A stretch of DNA of 64,000 nucleotides from Verrucomicrobiaceae bacterium. Its GTDB lineage: Bacteria > Verrucomicrobiota > Verrucomicrobiia > Verrucomicrobiales > Verrucomicrobiaceae. A program made the position numbers and the translations under genes. The stretch covers positions 93,163-157,162 of the forward strand of contig JAEUHN010000036.1 of the NCBI GenBank assembly GCA_016795365.1. The letters are read 5' to 3'. This document shows, piece by piece, positions 8,533 to 18,158 of this stretch. Under the pieces are notes generated by a model, which made no database searches, was not told the origin of the DNA, and worked only from the letters and a program-made list of their open reading frames with translations. Positions within the stretch are counted from its first letter, which is position 1, and each line of letters starts with the position of its first letter.

Positions 8533-11500
8533 ATGATGAACCGCCCCCTGCTCATCGCTCTCGCCCTTGGCGCGGCCTTGCCTCTGCGTGCCGCGACGAC
8601 GCTCGATTTCAATCGCGACATCCGTCCGATCCTCTCGGACAACTGCTTCGCGTGCCATGGTTTTGACGCGAAGAAACGCAAAGCCGACCTGCGTCTCGAT
8701 GTCGCCGAAGGTGCCTTTGTGAAGAACAAGGACGGCGTGGCCGCGATCATCGCTGGCAAAGCGGACGCGAGCGAGTTGATCAAGCGCATCGTCACGAAGG
8801 ACACCGATGATTTGATGCCGCCGCCCGACTCGCACAAGAAGCTGACTGCCGCGCAGATCGACACGCTGAAGCGCTGGATCAACGAAGGCGCAGGCTACAA
8901 GAAGCACTGGGCGTTTGAGGCACCGGTGAAGTTCTCAGTTCCGGGAGTGGAAAAGGCTGGCAGCCCTATCGACGCTTTCATCGGCGCGGCGCATGCGGAA
9001 CACGGCTTCGCCTTCTCGCCGGAAGCCTCGAAGGAACAACTCCTCCGCCGCGTGACGCTCGATCTAACCGGCCTGCCGCCGACTCCGAGCGAGATCGACG
9101 ACTTCCTCAACGACGAGCGCCCCGACGCCTACGAGCGCGTGGTCGATCGCTTGATGAAGTCCGTGCGCTACGGCGAGCACATGGCGCGCTACTGGCTGGA
9201 TGCGGCGCGTTACGGCGACACGCACGGCCTGCACCTCGACAACGAGCGCAGCATGTGGCCTTATCGCGACTGGGTAGTGAAGGCGTTCAACGACAACCTC
9301 TCGTTCGACAAGTTCACCGTCTGGCAGCTCGCGGGCGATCTGTTGCCGAATGCGACACAGGAGCAAGTCGTCGCCTCCGGGTTCAATCGTTGCAACGTCA
9401 CCACCAGCGAAGGCGGCGCGATCAATGAGGAGTGGATCTATCGCTACGCCGTTGATCGCACGGACACCACAATCTCCGTGTGGATGGGCCTCACCGGCGG
9501 CTGCGCGGTGTGCCACGATCACAAGTATGACCCGCTGACGCAGAAGGAGTTCTACTCGCTTTATGCGTTCTTCAACAGCGCCGCCGATCCCGCGATGGAT
9601 GGCAACATCTTGCTCACGAAGCCCATCCTTCAGCTCAGCACTGACGCGCAAAAGAAGCAGCTTGCCGAATACGACACCGCGATCGCGGACAAGCAGAAGG
9701 CAATCCGCGAGGCGCTCGCGAAGCTGAACTACGTCGATCCCGCGACAGCGAAACCCGCGCCGTCGGTGCAGACGAGCGAGGTCGTGTGGTTCGATGATGC
9801 GTTCCCTGCAGCGGCCAAGGTGCAGTCGTCCGGCGGGCACGCGACGACGTTGATCACGAAGAAAGATGGCCCCGTGTTCTCGGGTGAGAAGGCGCTGAAA
9901 CGCACCGGCAAAGATGTGACGCAGGACTTCTTCGACACGGGCGCGAAGTTCGAGATTCCGCCGAACGGCAAGCTCTCCGTGCAATGCTATATCGACCCGG
10001 CGAACAAGCCGAAGTCCGTCATGTTGCAATTCTTTGTCGGTGGCTGGAACCATCGCGCCGTGTGGGGCGAGGAGGGCGCGATTCCGTTCGGCAAGGTGCG
10101 CACCACCGAGCGTGTGATGATTGGCGCGTTGCCCGAGGCAGGCGCGTGGCAGAAGCTCGAGTTCGCGGCTGATCGCCTCGGCCTCAAGCCAGGGATGAAG
10201 GTCACTGGCTTCGCCTTCACGCAGTTCGGCGGCACGGTGTATTGGGATCGCCTTGCGATGACTTCGCGTGTCGATCCAGCGAAGGACCCGCAGTGGTCGT
10301 GGTCGAAGTGGATCGAGAAAAACCAAGGCAAGCGCGTGGAAGGATTGCCCAACGACTTGCTCACGCTCGTGCGCGGCAAGAAGTCCGCCGAGTGGCCCGC
10401 AGCGGACGCGAAGCGTGTGCAGGACTGGTGGTTTGAAAATGAGTATCAGGGGGCCAAGCAAATCATCGACGGACCACGCGCGGAGATGCTCGCGATCCAG
10501 GCGAAGAAGAAGTCATTGGAGGACACCATCCCCGCGACCTTCGTGATGGCTGACCTGCCGCCCAACGAACAGCGCGAGGCCTTCGTCATGATTCGCGGCC
10601 AATACGACAAGCCCGGCGACAAGGTCACGCGCGGCACGCCCGCCGTGTTCCCGCCGCTGCCGAAGAAGGAAAGCTACAATCGCCTCGACCTCGCTCAGTG
10701 GCTCGTGAGCCCGCAGCATCCGCTGACCGCGCGCGTGACGGTGAATCGCTTCTGGCAGCAGTTCTTCGGCACCGGCTTGGTGAAGACCGCGAACGACTTT
10801 GGCAGCCAAGGCAGCCCGCCCACTCACCCCGAGTTGCTCGACTGGCTGGCCATCGACTTCCGCGAGCACGACTGGGACATGAAGCGCTTCGTGAAGCAGC
10901 TCGTCATGTCCAAGACCTACCGCCAGAGCAGTCACGCCACGCCCGAGTTGCTCGCTGCCGATCCCGAGAACAAGTGGCTCGCCCACGGCCCGCGCCATCG
11001 CTTGGATGCCGAGGTGCTGCGCGATCAGGCGCTCTTCGTTTCCGGCCTGCTGAATCCCACCATCGGCGGCAAAGGCGTGAAGCCTTACCAGCCCGACAAC
11101 ATCTGGGAGCCCGTCGCCTACTCCGGCAGCAACACGCGCAGCTACGTCCGCGACACCGGCGACGCCTTGTATCGTCGCAGCCTCTACACCTTCTACAAGC
11201 GCACCGCACCGCCGCCTAGCATGACCACCTTCGACGCGCCCAGCCGCGAGCAGGTCTGCCTGCGTCGCGAGCGCAGCAACACGCCGCTGCAAGCGCTCGC
11301 GCTGATGAACGACATCCAGCACATGGAAGCCGCGCGCAATTTTGCTCAACGCATCCTCACCGAAGGCGGCAGCAGCTTCGACTCGCGACTCAACTTCGCC
11401 TTCCGCCACGTCGTCGCCCGCTACCCGCGCAGCGACGAGGCCGCGATCATCGAGAGCACGCTCGCCGAGCACGCCGCGCGCTACGCGAAGAACATCGAAG

Positions 11501-11625
11501 CCGCGAAGCAGCTCATCACCTTCGGCGACTCGAAGCCCGACGCGAAGCTCAACCCCAGCGAACTCGCCGCGTGGACCATGATTGGCAACCTGCTGCTGAA
11601 TCTGGACGAGGCGGTGAACCAATAA
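8533..11625 (+). CDS. PSCyt1 (planctomycete cytochrome c) / PSCyt2 (DUF1549) / PSD1 (DUF1553) domain protein
   Basis: Signal peptide MMNRPLLIALALGAALPLRAA. Haem-binding CxxCH (DNCFACHGFDAKKRKADLRLD), then the DUF1549 and DUF1553 architecture typical of Planctomycetes/Verrucomicrobia. The long antisense ORFs 9064..10461 and 10513..11865 are spurious. Confidence 0.85.
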   Translation: MMNRPLLIALALGAALPLRAATTLDFNRDIRPILSDNCFACHGFDAKKRKADLRLDVAEGAFVKNKDGVAAIIAGKADASELIKRIVTKDTDDLMPPPDSHKKLTAAQIDTLKRWINEGAGYKKHWAFEAPVKFSVPGVEKAGSPIDAFIGAAHAEHGFAFSPEASKEQLLRRVTLDLTGLPPTPSEIDDFLNDERPDAYERVVDRLMKSVRYGEHMARYWLDAARYGDTHGLHLDNERSMWPYRDWVVKAFNDNLSFDKFTVWQLAGDLLPNATQEQVVASGFNRCNVTTSEGGAINEEWIYRYAVDRTDTTISVWMGLTGGCAVCHDHKYDPLTQKEFYSLYAFFNSAADPAMDGNILLTKPILQLSTDAQKKQLAEYDTAIADKQKAIREALAKLNYVDPATAKPAPSVQTSEVVWFDDAFPAAAKVQSSGGHATTLITKKDGPVFSGEKALKRTGKDVTQDFFDTGAKFEIPPNGKLSVQCYIDPANKPKSVMLQFFVGGWNHRAVWGEEGAIPFGKVRTTERVMIGALPEAGAWQKLEFAADRLGLKPGMKVTGFAFTQFGGTVYWDRLAMTSRVDPAKDPQWSWSKWIEKNQGKRVEGLPNDLLTLVRGKKSAEWPAADAKRVQDWWFENEYQGAKQIIDGPRAEMLAIQAKKKSLEDTIPATFVMADLPPNEQREAFVMIRGQYDKPGDKVTRGTPAVFPPLPKKESYNRLDLAQWLVSPQHPLTARVTVNRFWQQFFGTGLVKTANDFGSQGSPPTHPELLDWLAIDFREHDWDMKRFVKQLVMSKTYRQSSHATPELLAADPENKWLAHGPRHRLDAEVLRDQALFVSGLLNPTIGGKGVKPYQPDNIWEPVAYSGSNTRSYVRDTGDALYRRSLYTFYKRTAPPPSMTTFDAPSREQVCLRRERSNTPLQALALMNDIQHMEAARNFAQRILTEGGSSFDSRLNFAFRHVVARYPRSDEAAIIESTLAEHAARYAKNIEAAKQLITFGDSKPDAKLNPSELAAWTMIGNLLLNLDEAVNQ

Positions 11626-11821
11626 AAAGGGAAGCGGAGCACGCCTCCCAACGTGCCCCGCTCGTGACATCGGTGGCGCCCAAACGAGAACCGCCGACTT
11701 ACACATATAACGACACAGGTGCCGGAAACGGTGCCAACTTTTCCTTTTCCTCTGTCCGCGCCCCGGCAGAATGCCGCCAGTGATCCACGCCCCTGCACCC
11801 GAGCGCCACAAGCTCTCCACG

Positions 11822-12976
11822 ATGTTTTTCATCGTGGGCATGGCGCTAGGCCTTTGGAATATCAACCTCAGCAGCGTGCTGGCTGCCCATGGTTATGCGG
11901 CGGCGATCATCGACAACGTGTGGTGCACGAGCGCCATCGCAGCCATCATTTCCCCTCTGATCGTGGGGGCGCTGGCCGACCAGAGCTACTCAAGTGAACG
12001 CGTCCTGCGGTGGCTGGGACTGGGCGCGGCCATCTTTGTTTGCCTGTTGTTTTACGGCATTCACGAGCGCTGGCACGGCGGTGTGATCATCCTGCTGGCG
12101 CAAGTCCACGCTCTGTGGTGCGCGCCGTCTTTTGGTCTTGCGACAAGCCTAGTGATCAGCCGGCTGGCGGATGCGAAGTCGCAGTTCGGACCCATCCGCG
12201 TCTGGGCCACGCTGGGCTGGATGCTCGCCGGTCCGGTCGTCAGCTATGTGCTTCACTCCGATGATGGGGTGACCTCAGGCTTCACGGCGGCAGGCGTCTG
12301 GCTGATTGCCATCAGCTTCACGTTCACGCTCAAGCCCATGCCGCCGCCCGAGCGGAAGGAGAAGCGCACGTGGAGTGACTTCCTCGGACTGGAGGCTTGG
12401 TCGCTGCTTCGCCATCGAGACCATCGCGTGGTCTTCGTGGGTGCCGCCTTGTTCAATATTCCGCTCGCGGCCTTCTATCCGCACACCGCGTTGCATCTCA
12501 AGGAGCTCGGCGTCCAGCACACGACCGCGCTGATGAGCCTGGCCCAGATCATGGAAGCGATCGGCTTGCTCGCGCTGTCGTGGCTGCTCACGCGGGTGAG
12601 GTTGAAATGGCTTTTCCTGGGCGGGATCGCGGCTGGCGTGCTGCGCTACGGGTTGTATGCGCATGGCACCGTGGTCTCGCTTTGCCTCGGCATCGCCCTG
12701 CACGGCGTTTGCTTCACGCTGTTTTACATGACGGCGCAGATTTACCTGGAGCACCGCATTCCTGCCGCGATGAGAAGCCGCGCGCAGGCGCTGCTTTCGC
12801 TGATGATGTCTGGCATCGGTAACTTCATTGGCTACCAGGGTTGCGGCTGGTGGCGGCACGCGTGCATGAGCGACGGGCACATGGACTGGCAGACCTACTG
12901 GACGGGGCTCGCTGCGCTCATCGCGGTCATCTGGGTATGGTTCTCACTGAGCTACAGGGGCAGGCACAACGTATGA
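11822..12976 (+). CDS. MFS transporter (12-TM permease), candidate MurNAc/muropeptide importer (MurT/AmpG-like by context)
   Basis: Hydrophobic 12-helix pattern throughout. Start may be 11771 or 11822. It lies immediately upstream of, and co-oriented with, the kinase-etherase fusion. Confidence 0.65.
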   Translation: MFFIVGMALGLWNINLSSVLAAHGYAAAIIDNVWCTSAIAAIISPLIVGALADQSYSSERVLRWLGLGAAIFVCLLFYGIHERWHGGVIILLAQVHALWCAPSFGLATSLVISRLADAKSQFGPIRVWATLGWMLAGPVVSYVLHSDDGVTSGFTAAGVWLIAISFTFTLKPMPPPERKEKRTWSDFLGLEAWSLLRHRDHRVVFVGAALFNIPLAAFYPHTALHLKELGVQHTTALMSLAQIMEAIGLLALSWLLTRVRLKWLFLGGIAAGVLRYGLYAHGTVVSLCLGIALHGVCFTLFYMTAQIYLEHRIPAAMRSRAQALLSLMMSGIGNFIGYQGCGWWRHACMSDGHMDWQTYWTGLAALIAVIWVWFSLSYRGRHNV

Positions 12977-13043
12977 AGTCAGTTCTCAGTTCGCGCGACA
13001 TTGATGACATATTCGGTCTATAGGTCTGGCCCTTGTTCATCCC

Positions 13044-14867
13044 ATGTCCACCCACCTCTCTCATTACCTCGGCATCGAAGGCGGCGGAACGCGCTCCACG
13101 CTGGTGCTTGCGGACGCTGATGGCAAAGCCATCGCCGAACTCCAGGGCGGTCCAGCCAATCTGAAGCTCCTCTCTGATCGCCAGCTGCTGTGGTTGCTGA
13201 AGTCCTTCGCCGCCCGCCTGCCAAGGGTGCCGATCAATGCCATGGCGATCGGGCTGGCGGGCGCTCGCAGCGATGCCGACAAGGACCGCATTCGTCGCGC
13301 CGCTGCTCGCATTTGGCCGCGGGTTCCTTGTTATGCGACAAACGACCTCGAAACCGCGCTTGCCGCTGCGCCGGAAGAGAAGGAGGTGGCTGCGTGCGTG
13401 CTCATTCTCAGCGGCACCGGCAGCTGCTGCTTCGGGCATTCGAGCGATGGTCGCACAGCCAAGGTGGGCGGACGTGGCCACGTCATTGGTGATCGCGGCA
13501 GTGCCTGTGATATCGGACAGCGAGCGCTCAAGGCGGTGATGGCCGACTACGATCATCGCGGGCGCTGGCCGAAGCTGGGCGAGCACATCCTGCAAACGCT
13601 CCTGCTCAACGATCCCGAGGACCTTATTCCCTGGTCGATGGAGGCGGACAAGACACAAATTGCAGCGCTTGCGCTGTCCGTCTTCACGATGGCAAAGCAA
13701 CGCGATGCCTTGTCCCGCGAACTGCTTGATCACGCCGCCCAGGCGCTCGCCGACGACGGTGATGCCTGCGCCTCCCGGCTGAGCAAACGCAGCGCCCGCG
13801 TGCAGTTTGTGTTTAACGGTGGCGTGCTGCTCAAGAACCCATCTTTTGCCAACGACGTGGTCAAGCGCCTCAAGCTGCGCTGGCCTCAAGCCATCATCAC
13901 CAAGGTGGAGGGCAGCAGCTCGTGGGGTGCCGTCGCGCTGGCTCGTCAGCATGTCCCGAGCACTCGTGCGAAGGCCCTGCCCAAGGCGCACGATGCTCTG
14001 CCAGCCGACCATCCGGCCTTTGATCGCGAGTTGCTAAAACAATCGCCAACCGAGCAGCGCAATCCGCGGTCGATGAAGCTCGACACGATGCCGCTCAAGG
14101 CCGCCGTCGAACTCATGCTCAGCGAGGACGCCAGCATTCCCGAGGCCCTGCGCGCGGAGCGCCCCGCGATCACCTGGGTGATCCAGCAAGTGATAGCCGC
14201 GTTCCAAAACGATGGCCGTCTGTTCTACGTGGGTGCAGGCACCAGCGGGCGGCTCGGCGTGCTCGATGCCAGCGAGTGCCCGCCTACTTTTCGTGCTCCG
14301 CGCGAGCAGGTGCAGGGGATCATCGCCGGTGGACAGCGCGCGTTGTGGAGCGCTGTGGAAGGCGCGGAAGACGATCCCGCCAGCGGTGCGGCAGCGATCC
14401 AGCATCGCGGCATTGGCAAGCGCGATGTCGTGATCGGCATCGCCGCGAGCGGACGCACGCCGTTCGTGTGGGGCGCGCTCGCCGAGGCATCGAAGCGCGG
14501 TGCGGTCACCGTGCTCGTGTGTTTTCACCCCGGCTTCAAGAAGCTGCCACAACGCAAAGGTTTGTTCTACCCGAACAAGGTCATCGCACCCAACTTAGGT
14601 CCCGAGGTGCTCACGGGTTCCACCCGCCTGAAGAGCGGCACTGCCACCAAACTGCTTCTCAATCTCTTCACCACGCTCGCCATGACGCACAGTGGCAAGG
14701 TGATCAGCAACCTCATGGTGGATCTCAATCCATCTAACGTGAAGCTTCGTGTTCGGGCCGTGGGCATCGTGCAGCAACTGACCGGCTGCGATGCCGCCGC
14801 CGCGCGTGCCGCGCTCGAGCAAACCGGCTGGGTGGTGAAGGATGCCTGGCGAAAGCTCAAGCCCTAA
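13044..14867 (+). CDS. murQ: Fusion protein: BadF/BadG/BcrA/BcrD-type sugar kinase (MurK/GlcNAc-kinase-like) + N-acetylmuramic acid 6-phosphate etherase MurQ (SIS domain)
   Basis: N-terminal ~300 aa: LGIEGGGTRS...GTGSCCFG...GDRGSA (ASKHA-fold BadF-type kinase). C-terminal ~300 aa: MKLDTMPL...GRLFYVGAGTSGRLGVLDASECPPTF...GIAASGRTP...LTGSTRLKSGTATKL (MurQ/SIS etherase). Confidence 0.8.
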   Translation: MSTHLSHYLGIEGGGTRSTLVLADADGKAIAELQGGPANLKLLSDRQLLWLLKSFAARLPRVPINAMAIGLAGARSDADKDRIRRAAARIWPRVPCYATNDLETALAAAPEEKEVAACVLILSGTGSCCFGHSSDGRTAKVGGRGHVIGDRGSACDIGQRALKAVMADYDHRGRWPKLGEHILQTLLLNDPEDLIPWSMEADKTQIAALALSVFTMAKQRDALSRELLDHAAQALADDGDACASRLSKRSARVQFVFNGGVLLKNPSFANDVVKRLKLRWPQAIITKVEGSSSWGAVALARQHVPSTRAKALPKAHDALPADHPAFDRELLKQSPTEQRNPRSMKLDTMPLKAAVELMLSEDASIPEALRAERPAITWVIQQVIAAFQNDGRLFYVGAGTSGRLGVLDASECPPTFRAPREQVQGIIAGGQRALWSAVEGAEDDPASGAAAIQHRGIGKRDVVIGIAASGRTPFVWGALAEASKRGAVTVLVCFHPGFKKLPQRKGLFYPNKVIAPNLGPEVLTGSTRLKSGTATKLLLNLFTTLAMTHSGKVISNLMVDLNPSNVKLRVRAVGIVQQLTGCDAAAARAALEQTGWVVKDAWRKLKP

Positions 14868-15941
14868 TCACGTGGCACGTCGGGCTTGGAACGGACGCTC
14901 GACAAGACGGTAGCCCAGAGCAGCGAGCAGCCCGGAGGAAACCAGCATCGCGACGACGAGCTTGGCTGAGGCACGTTGTTCGGCCAGCTGCCAGCAACCC
15001 CACAGGGCCAGCGGATGGAAAAGGTAGAGCGAGTAGGACCATCGACCGAGCGCTTCCATGACCGGGACCCGACCTTGACCCAGTGGCGAGAACACCATCG
15101 CGCCGACCACGCCGGTCGCGAGCACGGGCAGGGCATAGGATTCCACCACGAGCCACAAGGTGTGCCAGCGCTGTCCATCGACCATGCCAAGCACGAGCGA
15201 CGCGATGATCACCGCCACGGCAACAGGCGTGTTCTTGAGCCAACGCAATCCCAGCCAAGCACGGCTCCGTCCTGCGTGAACCTCGGCCAGCCAAGCGCCG
15301 AGCGCCCACACCCACCAGAGGTTGAGGAAAAGATGGTGCCAAGTCCAGCGCTCCTCAGCATCGAACCACGAGCGGCCAGCCAGCTTGATCGCCATGGAAA
15401 TGCTCACTAGCAGCAGCGTGAAGCCAGCGATGCCCAAACGATTGCGCAGCCCGATGAAGAGGGGATACAAGGCGTAGAACTGCACCTCCACGACGACGGT
15501 CCAGAGCACGCAGTTGATCTGCAAGGCGGTGTCGTGGGTGAAGCCGCTGGTGAAGGTGAGATGGGTGAGCACGCCGGCCGTCGTGGGCGCGGAGATGAGG
15601 GCTGTGCTCGCCATGGAACCGGCGACAAGGCTGAGCCCCAGCGCGGCGAAATAGCCTGGCAAGATGCGTCGTGCGCGCCTGGCGAAGTAGGTGCGCCAGT
15701 CGGGTTCGATCGCGGTCGTGGTGCTTTGCTTGAGGACCGAGCCGTGGATGCAGAATCCGCTCAGCACGAAGAAGACGATGACACCCCAGCCACCGAGCCA
15801 AAGCAATAGTCGTCCGCCTGCGGAGCCAGCCAGAGGATTGCCAACCAATTGCTGAGCGATGTGGTGGCACACGACGGCGAGGGCCGCGAGCCCTCGCATC
15901 ATCTCGAGACCAGAGAGGTGTCCACCGGGCGCACGGTTCAT
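14868..15941 (-). CDS. Acyltransferase family 3 (OafA/YrhL-like) integral membrane O-acyltransferase
   Basis: MMRGLAALAVVCHHI...VFFVLSGFCIH motifs typical of acyltransferase_3, with 10+ TM helices. Convergent with and abutting the murQ fusion. Confidence 0.75.
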   Translation of the reverse strand: MNRAPGGHLSGLEMMRGLAALAVVCHHIAQQLVGNPLAGSAGGRLLLWLGGWGVIVFFVLSGFCIHGSVLKQSTTTAIEPDWRTYFARRARRILPGYFAALGLSLVAGSMASTALISAPTTAGVLTHLTFTSGFTHDTALQINCVLWTVVVEVQFYALYPLFIGLRNRLGIAGFTLLLVSISMAIKLAGRSWFDAEERWTWHHLFLNLWWVWALGAWLAEVHAGRSRAWLGLRWLKNTPVAVAVIIASLVLGMVDGQRWHTLWLVVESYALPVLATGVVGAMVFSPLGQGRVPVMEALGRWSYSLYLFHPLALWGCWQLAEQRASAKLVVAMLVSSGLLAALGYRLVERPFQARRAT

Positions 15942-15947
15942 GCGCCA

Positions 15948-16919
15948 TCAATCGCGGGGTCCATTGCGCCGCTGCGCGAAGATCCAGTCGTGCAGTTCGG
16001 CCTTGGAATAAACCACGCCCGTGATGCCGTGGCCTTCGCCAGTGAGTTCGGTGTATTTGCCGATCTTGCCACCTGCTGCTTCGATGGCCTTCATCACATT
16101 GCGAGTGCGCTCCACGGGCACCATGTCATCCTTGTCTCCGTGGAAAGCCCACAGGGGCACCTCCTTGAGCACCTCCGCGTTCTTGGGATCGCTGCCGCCG
16201 CAAAGCGGAACGACGGCGGCAAAGACCTGGGGATACTTCGTGGCGAGGCTGAAGGAACCAAAACCCCCCATGCTGGAGCCCGTGAGGTAGAGACGGTTGG
16301 TGTCGATGGGCAGCTTGTCGGTGAGGTCAGCGATGAGCGCCATGAGGTTGTCGGCCACCTGCTTGTTCCAGCCGATGTCGGCATCGGGGCACTGCGGGGC
16401 GATCATGAAGCAGGGGTTCTTCGCCTGGTTCTCTGACTTGGTGAAGACTCCAGTAGCACCGCCCATCTGGGAGGTGTTGTCGCTGCCGCTCTGACCCGAG
16501 CCATGCAGCCAGATGACAAGCGGGTAGCGCTGCTTGTTGTCCCACTTCGGGTTGCCATAGATTTGGTAGTTGAGGCCTTGCTTGGAAGTGGCCTGAACAA
16601 ACGCTCCCGTGATCTTCTCAGCGTAGGGTCCCTTGGTGAGGCTCTCATCGAGCGCTCGCTCGTGCAGCAGCCCACCGACGAACGCCTGATCTTCCTTCGA
16701 GAAGGCACTGAGGGGCACCTTCATGATCTGGAGATCGGTGGCGCGCTTGATGCGGATTTCCTGAGCATCGTATTCGAGCAACTCGGCCTCCAGCGCACGA
16801 CCATCAGCCGACTTCCAGGTGCGGGTGATCTTTTCTGCGGTGCCCTGGCGCGCTGGCAGGGCGGCCATGGTGGAACCCAGAACAAGGAGGCAAAGACTGG
16901 CGCAAAGGCATTTCATCAT
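15948..16919 (-). CDS. Secreted alpha/beta-hydrolase esterase (phospholipase/carboxylesterase family) with an N-terminal SHD1 domain
   Basis: Signal peptide MMKCLCASLCLLVLG. An SHD1 domain (RTWKSADGRALEAELLEYDAQEIRIKRATDLQIMKVPLSAFSKEDQAFV). GSSMGG nucleophile elbow (LYLTGSSMGGFGS). The HGxxD(xxV) catalytic His region is FHGDKDDMV. Confidence 0.7.
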   Translation of the reverse strand: MMKCLCASLCLLVLGSTMAALPARQGTAEKITRTWKSADGRALEAELLEYDAQEIRIKRATDLQIMKVPLSAFSKEDQAFVGGLLHERALDESLTKGPYAEKITGAFVQATSKQGLNYQIYGNPKWDNKQRYPLVIWLHGSGQSGSDNTSQMGGATGVFTKSENQAKNPCFMIAPQCPDADIGWNKQVADNLMALIADLTDKLPIDTNRLYLTGSSMGGFGSFSLATKYPQVFAAVVPLCGGSDPKNAEVLKEVPLWAFHGDKDDMVPVERTRNVMKAIEAAGGKIGKYTELTGEGHGITGVVYSKAELHDWIFAQRRNGPRD

Positions 16920-17030
16920 GGCAGTGTAGGCGTGCGTGGAGACTGGTGGCAAGACGTTCCAGAGCTCCGTCTCTTAGCAGGTGGCGGATTTCGGCTTTGA
17001 TCGGAGCCGATTGCAGCGTTCTGATCGGGC

Positions 17031-17474
17031 ATGTCCAAGCCCCACGTCCCACCTGTCGATCCCGCTGAAGTCCCCGCGCTCGCGCTAGCGACGATCAAGG
17101 CCGCGAAGTTCCCGATGCTCGCCACGATGGACGGCGATCAGCCGCGGTTGCGCCCGGTGTCGCCCGTGCGCACAGAGGGCTTCACCATCTACGTGGCCAA
17201 CCTGCGTCGCTACGGCAAGACAGCCGAGATCGCGGCGAATCCGAAGGTGGAACTCTGCTACTGCGACGCCGATCACCATCAGGTGCGCATCACGGGCGTG
17301 GCCGAGGTGCTCACTGATCGTCCCCTGCTCGAAGAGATCTGGGCGAGCAATCCTTTGCTCCGCGCCTACCTCGGCTCCCTCGACAATCCAGAGCTGATCA
17401 TCTATCGCATCGTGCCGAATCAAGTGCGCTACATGCGCGAATGGGCACTGGAATACTTCGAAGTGCCGCTCTGA
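17031..17474 (+). CDS. Pyridoxamine 5'-phosphate oxidase-like FMN-binding split-barrel protein
   Basis: Size (147 aa) and pattern (PMLATMDGDQPRLRPVSPVRTEGFTIYVANLRRYGKTAEIAANPKVEL) fit a PNPOx-like fold. Confidence 0.55.
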   Translation: MSKPHVPPVDPAEVPALALATIKAAKFPMLATMDGDQPRLRPVSPVRTEGFTIYVANLRRYGKTAEIAANPKVELCYCDADHHQVRITGVAEVLTDRPLLEEIWASNPLLRAYLGSLDNPELIIYRIVPNQVRYMREWALEYFEVPL

Positions 17475-17477
17475 TCC

Positions 17478-18131
17478 TCAGCCCATCGCACGCAGGCTGA
17501 CGGCAATCGCTTTGCCGAGCTTCTCATGCGCAGGCGCATCGAAGTGGATGCCGTCCACCGGACTCGGCGTGATCACTTCTTGCGCATTGAGAAACTCCAC
17601 TCCGTGCAGCCGTGCGATGGCGGCGTAGTGCTTGGGGAATTGCAGCGACTTGGCGCGACCATTGGCAACACGCGCATCCAGGTCCGGCATGGTGGAGAAG
17701 TCGCCCACTGCTGCCGGGCACACGAGCAGGACTCGCGGTGCCTTGCCATCCGGGCCTGCATCGCTCTCGCGAATGAGGCGCACCAGCACGCCTGCGCCAT
17801 TGGCAATGTCTTGCGGCGGCACGTTGAAGAAGGTTTTGAGATCATTGGTGCCGAGCATGAGCACCACGATGTCGATCGGCTTGTGCGACTCGAGCACCAC
17901 AGGCAAATGCGCCCGCCCACTGCGCGAGGCCCAGGCCGTGGGATCGTCGTGCACGGTGGTGCGGCCGTTTTGCCCTTCTTCAATGATGCGAAAACCAGCC
18001 CCCAGCTCCCTCGCTAGCACGCCCGTCCATCGAACCTCCGGTGCATAACGAATCGGAAACGGCGAGATCGAGGTCGCGGTCGGGTCGTAGCCCCAGGTGT
18101 TGGAATCGCCAAAGCAGAGAATGGTGCGCAT
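17478..18131 (-). CDS. SGNH/GDSL hydrolase (lipase/acylhydrolase)
   Basis: N-terminal GDSNTWG block I. GxND block III (LGTNDL). C-terminal DGIHF (DxxH catalytic). Confidence 0.75.
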   Translation of the reverse strand: MRTILCFGDSNTWGYDPTATSISPFPIRYAPEVRWTGVLARELGAGFRIIEEGQNGRTTVHDDPTAWASRSGRAHLPVVLESHKPIDIVVLMLGTNDLKTFFNVPPQDIANGAGVLVRLIRESDAGPDGKAPRVLLVCPAAVGDFSTMPDLDARVANGRAKSLQFPKHYAAIARLHGVEFLNAQEVITPSPVDGIHFDAPAHEKLGKAIAVSLRAMG

Positions 18132-18158
18132 GGGCGGGGAGAGTGAAACGCAATGGTC

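Noticed and set aside
9064-11865. 465-aa and 450-aa minus-strand ORFs within the PSCyt/PSD1 gene
   Set aside because: Antisense shadows. The plus-strand product has a signal peptide, CxxCH and DUF1549/DUF1553 organisation.
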